Source of the DNA: a virus
Taxonomy: Duplodnaviria; Caudoviricetes
IMG/VR virus record: IMGVR_UViG_3300027255_000165
Direction: 5' to 3' (one strand)
Length of the DNA stretch: 64,000 nucleotides
Position numbers and translations under genes: made by a program. Below the pieces are notes generated by a model that was not told the origin of the DNA, did no database searches, and saw only the letters and a program-made list of their open reading frames with translations. Positions 1-5,251 of this stretch are shown here, piece by piece (the first letter of the stretch is position 1; every line of letters begins with the position of its first letter).

Positions 1-94
1 CGTTCTGCCGATTGGCAATCATTTGTGCCTTTGAAACTGCATGCTTATCATCGCGTGATTCAATGTCAATTTGAAAGGTTACAGTATATCTCAT
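1..94 (-). CDS. hypothetical protein, 5' part only (MRYTVTFQIDIESRDD...), runs off window
   Basis: ATG at 94 overlaps the stop of the upstream ORF (ATGA); frame stays open to position 1. Confidence 0.6.
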   Translation of the reverse strand, partial: MRYTVTFQIDIESRDDKHAVSKAQMIANRQN

Positions 95-348
95 AGGTTG
101 TCTCTTACAGCGTTCTTTAGTAACATTTGGGAGGTGGGTGCAATACCGAAGTAAGTCCAATCGCGGCCTTCGCGAGCATTGTACCGTTCGCGACAATAGT
201 CCATGATAGTTTCATCAAAGTGGAGTTGCTTGCCGGTGATGTCGGTTACTGGGTGCCAGATGGTTTCCCATCCTTCGTTGAAGAAAGTTACCCAGGCCAT
301 TTCTTGATTTAAGTCTAGTACCATATTTTTATTAGAAGTTATAATCAT
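91..348 (-). CDS. hypothetical protein
   Basis: ORF track 91..396; ATG at 348 (or 324) is the more likely start given the upstream gene ends at 332. Confidence 0.65.
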   Translation of the reverse strand: MIITSNKNMVLDLNQEMAWVTFFNEGWETIWHPVTDITGKQLHFDETIMDYCRERYNAREGRDWTYFGIAPTSQMLLKNAVRDNL

Positions 349-658
349 AGTGTTTACGTGGAGCATCAGCGATTTTGCGCCAATCATAACGTCCAAGGGT
401 CATTCGCATTTCAACAACTTCACCAACTTCTTCAAACTCCCACTCTTGGGCACTGTTGTTGGTACAATGTGCTGAAAAACCACCTGGAATGAATTCCATC
501 TCAGTCTTATTCTTGGTAGCTTCGATCGGTTGTACATAAAGAATTGTCTTCGATTTGATACCAACGATTTTTCCAACTGGATTAACGTCAGAGTAAAGAT
601 ACTCGTTGATGTACTTACCAATCATGTCTTCTGTTGCGGTGAAAGTAGTTCTTGCCAT
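332..658 (-). CDS. hypothetical phage protein
   Basis: 108-aa ORF with A-rich leader, downstream of terminator and promoter at 693-738. Confidence 0.8.
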   Translation of the reverse strand: MARTTFTATEDMIGKYINEYLYSDVNPVGKIVGIKSKTILYVQPIEATKNKTEMEFIPGGFSAHCTNNSAQEWEFEEVGEVVEMRMTLGRYDWRKIADAPRKHYDYNF

Positions 659-692
659 GTTTTTTGTCTATTAGTTATCTGATTACTTAGTA

Positions 693-716
693 AATATAAC
701 AAAAAAACCCGAGACT
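693..716 (-). promoter_or_regulatory. class II promoter-like site, variant (GTTATATTTAC box)
   Basis: Shares the GTTATATT box and upstream CGGG with 20016, 51076 and 61062, but spacing differs. Confidence 0.5.
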
Positions 717-738
717 AAAAAATCTCGGGTTAAAAAAA
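701..738 (-). terminator. intrinsic terminator
   Basis: AACCCGAGA/TCTCGGGTT stem with T-tracts. Confidence 0.75.
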
Positions 739-755
739 TTGAAAAAAGTTTCAAA

Positions 756-1070
756 TTAGCTGGCTTTGGCCACTTTGTCAGCTGGTTGAGCGATGAAATC
801 CTCAACGTTAAGCTCTTGATTGGTTGTAAGACCCCATTGTAGAACAAACCAGCTCATCTCGTTTTCAGCTCCCTTCTTGGTCATGCTAAGCTCTTTACGC
901 AAGAACTCAACACCCCATTGAATGAATTCTTTTTCGGCTTCAGGCGTAGTCTTGTAACGAAGGTACCACATCGGGTCACTAATTACGTCTTCATACGTTT
1001 TACCGAAAGGAAGAAGCTGACGATCAACAAGCTGTTTGAAGACTCGAGTTTGTTTGTCTCTTCGATTCAT
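756..1070 (-). CDS. hypothetical protein
   Basis: 104-aa ORF, tightly packed with neighbours. Confidence 0.8.
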   Translation of the reverse strand: MNRRDKQTRVFKQLVDRQLLPFGKTYEDVISDPMWYLRYKTTPEAEKEFIQWGVEFLRKELSMTKKGAENEMSWFVLQWGLTTNQELNVEDFIAQPADKVAKAS

Positions 1071-1071
1071 G

Positions 1072-1278
1072 TTAGTTTTGAATTAATTCAGTTTGAAAGA
1101 GCACATCTTGATCTTGAAAATAAATGAACGTATCAAGTGCCATTGATACCATTAGGGTTCCAGGCGAGTGCTCTTCAAAATATTCAATTTTAATACCTGA
1201 ACCCATATACGAACTGTCTGCCAATAGACCGTTGAAAACCAACAAGTCTTTTTGTGAAATGTAGATATAGACTTTCAT
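1072..1278 (-). CDS. hypothetical protein
   Basis: 68-aa ORF; start overlaps upstream stop (TAATG). Confidence 0.7.
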   Translation of the reverse strand: MKVYIYISQKDLLVFNGLLADSSYMGSGIKIEYFEEHSPGTLMVSMALDTFIYFQDQDVLFQTELIQN

Positions 1279-1412
1279 TAGTTATATATTTCGTCGTGGC
1301 AGCTTGAACACAATTGTCCAGCACCCTCAACATAATGATAACGAAAATCGATGTGAGTTGACTCCTCGTATTGAGTTTCAACGCTACAGCTTACACATTT
1401 TTCTTTTGCCAT
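1278..1412 (-). CDS. 44-aa CxxC...CxxC zinc-binding micro-protein, not in ORF track
   Basis: MAKEKCVSCSVETQYEESTHIDFRYHYVEGAGQLCSSCHDEIYN; A-rich leader; stop coupled to next ATG. Confidence 0.75.
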   Translation of the reverse strand: MAKEKCVSCSVETQYEESTHIDFRYHYVEGAGQLCSSCHDEIYN

Positions 1413-1433
1413 TTTGAATTGAATTAAGATTCG

Positions 1434-1507
1434 TGACCCGTACGAGATTCGAACTCGTGATCTTCTCCGTGAAAGGGAGATGTCCTAAACCGCTAGACGA
1501 ACGGGCC
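1434..1507 (-). tRNA. trnE: tRNA-Glu(UUC), CCA not encoded
   Basis: Cloverleaf GGCCCGT...TCTCC-CTTTCAC-GGAGA...GTTCGAATC...ACGGGTCA. Confidence 0.95.
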
Positions 1508-1515
1508 GTTTAGTA

Positions 1516-1544
1516 TTTATACAGTCAAATCTAAAATTGTTTCA
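1516..1544 (-). promoter_or_regulatory. class I promoter TGAAAC-N17-TATAAA for tRNA-Glu
   Basis: Exact match to a motif recurring more than 10 times upstream of genes. Confidence 0.75.
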
Positions 1545-1802
1545 CCACTTACCAAGTGGACAAGAAGAATTTACAGATAGAGCTTTAGCTCTTAGGTGAC
1601 AACCACATCCTCGAACAATCTTACCTGTTTCCGCATGAGTTCCTGTTTTGGTTGGATCGCAAATTACACCGTTACGAATCTTGCAATCATGACAAATTGA
1701 AAGACGCTGCTCTGTTCTTTCTTTCAGGGCAGGTGCTAGGTTATCGTAATCTTGGAAGAGCAATCTTCCCCAACCTTCAATGATTTCTTTGATCTTACTC
1801 AT
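1542..1802 (-). CDS. small Cys-rich zinc-binding protein (DUF6171-like)
   Basis: RLSICHDC...GCGCHLRAK...SCPLGKW pattern. Confidence 0.75.
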   Translation of the reverse strand: MSKIKEIIEGWGRLLFQDYDNLAPALKERTEQRLSICHDCKIRNGVICDPTKTGTHAETGKIVRGCGCHLRAKALSVNSSCPLGKW

Positions 1803-1805
1803 ATT

Positions 1806-1842
1806 AAAAAGAAATGGACGGTTGAACCGAAGCTCAACCGTC
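1806..1842 (-). terminator. intrinsic terminator after tRNA-Ala
   Basis: GACGGTTGAGC-TTCG-GTTCAACCGTC (UUCG tetraloop) then ATTTCTTTTT. Confidence 0.8.
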
Positions 1843-1894
1843 TAATTTCGCCACATTAGCTCCACTTTGTTTTGCCTGAGAACAAAGAAACTCA

Positions 1895-1970
1895 TGGTGG
1901 AGGTAGAGGGATTCGAACCCACGACCCTCTGCGTGCAAGGCAGATGCTCTAGCCAACTGAGCTATACCCC
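1895..1970 (-). tRNA. trnA: tRNA-Ala(UGC), CCA encoded
   Basis: GGGGTATAGCTCAG...CTTGCAC...GTTCGAATCCC...CCACCA. Confidence 0.97.
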
Positions 1971-1974
1971 CATG

Positions 1975-2275
1975 AAAAATAGTAATAATGGGATTCCTGA
2001 CTACCCATACACCTTGGATCTACCCCTTTTCACCCATGGTCCAACAGAGTAGCTAGTTCTGTTGTAATGACCAGCTGGATTGCATACCAGCACCCGTTGC
2101 AAAGATCAGATAGCGTATCTTGGCGGGACCTCATTGACTACCAGGTTGCGCATTCTACCCTGTAGTTTGAGTGGTTTTATCTCATAGATCTGTGTGATCC
2201 AACATTCCTGCTTTTCAGCAGTTCAGCCAGTACCTTAAGGACTCTTAACCCCTTGTTCGGTCACATTACTATTTT
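1975..2275 (-). ncRNA. candidate ~300-nt multi-helix structured RNA, unassigned
   Basis: 11-bp closing helix AAAATAGTAAT/ATTACTATTTT and about 9 internal hairpins; no ORF; lies between two tRNAs. Confidence 0.6.
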
Positions 2276-2276
2276 G

Positions 2277-2349
2277 AGCGAAAGACCGGGTTCGAACCGG
2301 CGACCCTGACCTTGGCAAGGTCATGCTCTACCAACTGAGCTACTTTCGC
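2277..2349 (-). tRNA. trnG: tRNA-Gly(GCC), CCA not encoded
   Basis: GCGAAAGTAGCTCAG...TTGCCAA...GTTCGAACCC...CTTTCGCT. Confidence 0.95.
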
Positions 2350-2355
2350 AATTTT

Positions 2356-2450
2356 TTGGAGCTTCACCTTTTTAGCGCGCTTGCAGCATCAAGGTCCCAA
2401 CCTAAGCAGTCCGTCGACTGTGCTCTTAGGGTTTTACGTTTATCTCTCCA
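2356..2450 (-). ncRNA. candidate ~95-nt structured RNA, unassigned
   Basis: TGGAG/CTCCA closing pairs; CCTAAG-CAGTC-GACG-GACTG-CTTAGG hairpin; second hairpin CTTG/CAAG. Confidence 0.4.
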
Positions 2451-2456
2451 TTTTCT

Positions 2457-2552
2457 TGGTGGCGAGTAATTTGCGGTTACTCATTTCTACTTCTGAATGT
2501 GCTGATTAGGTTAACATCACAGCATGAATTTCATTTTCGTCTAATTACCACC
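2457..2552 (-). ncRNA. candidate 96-nt tRNA-like RNA ending in ACCA, unassigned
   Basis: Starts 1 nt after tRNA-Thr CCA; the 5' GGTGGTAATT pairs with 3' AATTACT-C-GCC, followed by ACCA. Confidence 0.5.
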
Positions 2553-2553
2553 T

Positions 2554-2629
2554 TGGAGCCTCCTGTCGGACTCGAACCAACGACCTACTGATTACAAATC
2601 AGTGGCTCTACCAACTGAGCTAAGGAGGC
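2554..2629 (-). tRNA. trnT: tRNA-Thr(UGU), CCA encoded
   Basis: GCCTCCTTAGCTCAG...TTTGTAA...GTTCGAGTCC...GGAGGCTCCA. Confidence 0.96.
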
Positions 2630-2688
2630 ATTAGGGGACGGTATCGAGTTGAGTGTTAGTCCCGTCCCCTAGGCTAGACTCAGTGGGA

Positions 2689-2853
2689 TTACTCAGCTAC
2701 TACTTCGGTAGCTTCTTCCGCAACTACTTCAGTGGTAGCTTCCTCAGAAACAACTTCCTCAACGGTAGTAGTTTCCTCAGTTACAACCTCTTCAGTGTTG
2801 TTACAAGCTACAGCGGCGAATGCCATTGCAGCTAGAAAAAGAGATTTTTTCAT
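2689..2853 (-). CDS. 54-aa acidic lipoprotein, not in ORF track
   Basis: MKKSLFLAAMAFAAVAC-NNTEEVVTEETTTVEEVVSEEATTEVVAEEATEVVAE; signal peptide II lipobox AVAC. Confidence 0.8.
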   Translation of the reverse strand: MKKSLFLAAMAFAAVACNNTEEVVTEETTTVEEVVSEEATTEVVAEEATEVVAE

Positions 2854-2914
2854 GTTACTCTTGTTTAAAGGTTAATAAAGAGAATCAATTCTCAATAGAA
2901 TTGCAATCTCTTCG

Positions 2915-2999
2915 CGGAGGCGGTAGGATTCGAACCTACGGACCTGTTACAGTCAACAGTTTTCAAGACTGCCGCGATCGACCACTCTGCCACGCCTCC
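2915..2999 (-). tRNA. trnS: tRNA-Ser(UGA), CCA not encoded
   Basis: GGAGGCGTGGCAGAG...CTTGAAA...long variable arm...GTTCGAATCC. Confidence 0.95.
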
Positions 3000-3012
3000 C
3001 TTTATTAGAACT

Positions 3013-3027
3013 AATATGTCAAAGAAC
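3013..3027 (-). promoter_or_regulatory. boxA-like antitermination element GTTCTTTGACATATT
   Basis: Matches rrn boxA-type consensus; just upstream of tRNA-Ser. Confidence 0.6.
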
Positions 3028-3053
3028 AGTGTTTTAGTACACGTCTGGGTTTG

Positions 3054-3135
3054 TGCGGATGAAAGGAATCGAACCTTCACTTCGTAAGAAACCAGATCCT
3101 AAGTCTGGCGCGTCTACCAATTTCGCCACATCCGC
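3054..3135 (-). tRNA. trnL: tRNA-Leu(UAG), CCA not encoded
   Basis: GCGGATGTGGCGAAATTGGTAGAC...CTTAGGA...GTTCGATTCC. Confidence 0.95.
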
Positions 3136-3209
3136 ATTAAAAAGGGAGTCTGTTTCCAGGGTCTCCCGTCTTTGTGTAACCAAAAACAAAGAACTATTTT
3201 GTTGTGTTA

Positions 3210-3238
3210 TTTATACCTGATGGTATGTTATAGTTTCA
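3210..3238 (-). promoter_or_regulatory. class I promoter TGAAAC-N17-TATAAA
   Basis: Exact motif upstream of tRNA-Leu. Confidence 0.75.
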
Positions 3239-3258
3239 TCGGGTTTAAACTTTTTTTG

Positions 3259-3332
3259 TGAACCCAACAGGAGTCGAACCTGTAACCTACACATTAGAAG
3301 TGTGTTGCTCTATCCAATTGAGCTATGGGTCC
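3259..3332 (-). tRNA. trnR: tRNA-Arg(UCU), CCA not encoded
   Basis: GGACCCATAGCTCAATTGG...CTTCTAA...GTTCGACTCC. Confidence 0.95.
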
Positions 3333-3360
3333 AAAGAGTTAATTTTTGTCTTTGATTACA

Positions 3361-3374
3361 GTATGTTAAAGAAC
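3361..3374 (-). promoter_or_regulatory. boxA-like element GTTCTTTAACATAC
   Basis: Between class I promoter and tRNA-Arg. Confidence 0.55.
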
Positions 3375-3386
3375 GATATTCAGTTA

Positions 3387-3415
3387 TTTATACTCTAACT
3401 TGAGAGTTTGTTTCA
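3387..3415 (-). promoter_or_regulatory. class I promoter TGAAAC-N17-TATAAA
   Basis: Exact motif upstream of tRNA-Arg. Confidence 0.75.
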
Positions 3416-3416
3416 A

Positions 3417-3659
3417 TCACTTGGCCGAAGCTTCTTTGATTTCGTTAATCTTTTGAAACTCGTACTTACCCTTGATAAATTCATTTAGAGAGCGACCCTG
3501 TGAGGAGGCTGAAGCGAAGAATACGTAGTCTTCGACTGACACGTTTTCATAAACGTAAGTTGCGTGATCAAAGTGAACTGTTAGGACCTTGTGCTCGTAG
3601 TTGTAAGAACTAGATTTAACAGTTGATGAGTTGTATTGATTTGTTTGTGAAGTTATCAT
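3417..3659 (-). CDS. KTSC domain protein
   Basis: SSTVKSSSY...LTVHF...YVYENV...F..ASSQGRSLNEFIKGKY pattern. Confidence 0.8.
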   Translation of the reverse strand: MITSQTNQYNSSTVKSSSYNYEHKVLTVHFDHATYVYENVSVEDYVFFASASSQGRSLNEFIKGKYEFQKINEIKEASAK

Positions 3660-3670
3660 TATAAATGAGT

Positions 3671-5122
3671 TTAGATTTCCCAAATTGTTTTTCTATTATT
3701 GGTATTGTGACATAAAAGAAATTGCCCTCTAAATGTAGAATACTTTTCAGTTGTTTTTAAACGATTGATAAAGTCTAGGTCTTCTCCCATCGTCAATGAA
3801 TTCCTCCAACGATGAGGAACTTCTTTATGATGAACGATTTGCCAAGTTCCATTTTGGCCCATTGCTTTAGTAGATGCAATCTTTTGATTAATTACAATTA
3901 ATTGACATGCGTTTCTTAATTCTTCATATCCTTTAACATTATTATCCATTCCAAAATATTGAAGCATTAGCTTATTTGGATTTTCAATTAAAGGAAGCAT
4001 GTAATACATGTCAAATAAAACAGTAGTTCCATTTGGCGCTGTCGTAATTGCATTACTAATTAAAGATAAATGATTTTCTAAAATGATGTCGTCTGTGTCT
4101 AGGTAACATATCCAATTATATCTCGCTACTGACCTTCCTACTTCTCTTAGTGTTCCAGGCCAAGTTGAATCTGATTTTTCACATTTAATCAACCTAATTA
4201 AAGGATCTTGTTTCCATCTTTCTTCGTAGATCTGATTAGTTCTTTCACAGCCATCACTGATGATGATTAATTCCTTTTGTTTGTAAATCTGTGCTTTAAA
4301 TGATTCAACAGCTCTGATAAACTTTTCAACGGGATTTGATCTACTGCCAGCGTATTCACCAAGAAAAGATGGCATTACAACTGAAATGCCTACCTTTTGT
4401 TCTTTAAGAACAGGATTATCAGCCCTTCTATCCCATCCGGAATGTGTAACATATCCATCTTCATCATTTTCAGAAAGGCTCCAAACTGAAAATCCTCTAT
4501 CTCTATAATATGCGTCGACTAGGTGTTCTCTGTTAAGGCCTGAGTAACCTTCACTTAAAAGTTTCCAATCACTTAATCTTTTCAATCCAGGATTCCAACT
4601 AAAACCCATATAATTTTTAATTATCATATCGGTTCCATCGTCATTAGCTCCTTTGACAGTAAAACTGACGGGCTTTACTATTCTTATAGATACCCCTTCT
4701 TCTACCGAGTGAATTTGCGAATCAATACTATTAAGAATCTTGTCTGACTTTGGTCTAATCCAAACTTGTAAAATCTTTGGATATTTTTCTAAAACTTTTA
4801 TTGATTTTTCAATAAAACCCGATCGATTAAAATCCCAATCTTCTTCACAATGGAATACGTATTCTGTTTCCACCATTGAATACGCTTTATCTATGGATCC
4901 TGTCTGTCCTAACTTCTCGTAATTGAAAATGAATTCGAGCTTATTATCGTATTTTTGATTTAAGACTTTGCATTGTTCGAAAACTTTTAAATCAGCAGAA
5001 TCTTCAGTAATCAAATATCTGTCGATTGGATATGTATTAAACTTAAAGAAAGACTCTAGGGTCTTTTCTAAAAGATCAACTCTTCCACATGATGTTAAAA
5101 CAAATGTTACTCCCTTGTTCAT
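3671..5122 (-). CDS. fused double GT2-family glycosyltransferase
   Basis: Two GT-A starts (FVLTSCGR; ISVVMPSF) with acidic motifs HCEEDW and YLDTDD. Confidence 0.85.
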   Translation of the reverse strand: MNKGVTFVLTSCGRVDLLEKTLESFFKFNTYPIDRYLITEDSADLKVFEQCKVLNQKYDNKLEFIFNYEKLGQTGSIDKAYSMVETEYVFHCEEDWDFNRSGFIEKSIKVLEKYPKILQVWIRPKSDKILNSIDSQIHSVEEGVSIRIVKPVSFTVKGANDDGTDMIIKNYMGFSWNPGLKRLSDWKLLSEGYSGLNREHLVDAYYRDRGFSVWSLSENDEDGYVTHSGWDRRADNPVLKEQKVGISVVMPSFLGEYAGSRSNPVEKFIRAVESFKAQIYKQKELIIISDGCERTNQIYEERWKQDPLIRLIKCEKSDSTWPGTLREVGRSVARYNWICYLDTDDIILENHLSLISNAITTAPNGTTVLFDMYYMLPLIENPNKLMLQYFGMDNNVKGYEELRNACQLIVINQKIASTKAMGQNGTWQIVHHKEVPHRWRNSLTMGEDLDFINRLKTTEKYSTFRGQFLLCHNTNNRKTIWEI

Positions 5123-5142
5123 TATCTTATCGACTAATGTAA

Positions 5143-5171
5143 TTTATATAACATCTAAGGAGTTTGTTTCA
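5143..5171 (-). promoter_or_regulatory. class I promoter TGAAAC-N17-TATAAA
   Basis: Exact motif upstream of the GT2 gene. Confidence 0.7.
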
Positions 5172-5251
5172 CTAAGAAATAAAGTTGTCTACCTATGAAA
5201 CCAATTACATTAGAAGGCATAGAAGGATTGGTTCTAATCCTGGGTTGAAGG

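Noticed and set aside
1839-1857. Sequence ATGTGGCGAAATT-AGACG resembling the tRNA-Leu D-arm after tRNA-Ala
   Set aside because: No anticodon or T arm; it forms part of a CTAAT/ATTAG hairpin plus the terminator, so it is coincidence or a tiny remnant
1975-2275. RNase P, tmRNA, SRP or group I intron identity for the 300-nt RNA
   Set aside because: Some fragments resemble these (AAGAGTCC, ACAGAA, GGTGAAA, ACTAC/GTAGT), but order and spacing do not fit; there is no P4 3' strand, no tRNA-like ends or tag ORF, and ACTAC/GTAGT is a local hairpin rather than P7
2356-2671. Theta/HDV, pistol, twister, hammerhead or T-box identity for the spacers around tRNA-Thr
   Set aside because: Required P1 complements, pseudoknots or catalytic consensus not found by eye; needs an Infernal/RNArobo search to exclude fully
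1867-3080. ORFs 1867..2052, 2653..2835, 2820..3008 and 2892..3080
   Set aside because: They overlap tRNA genes or the antisense lipoprotein gene
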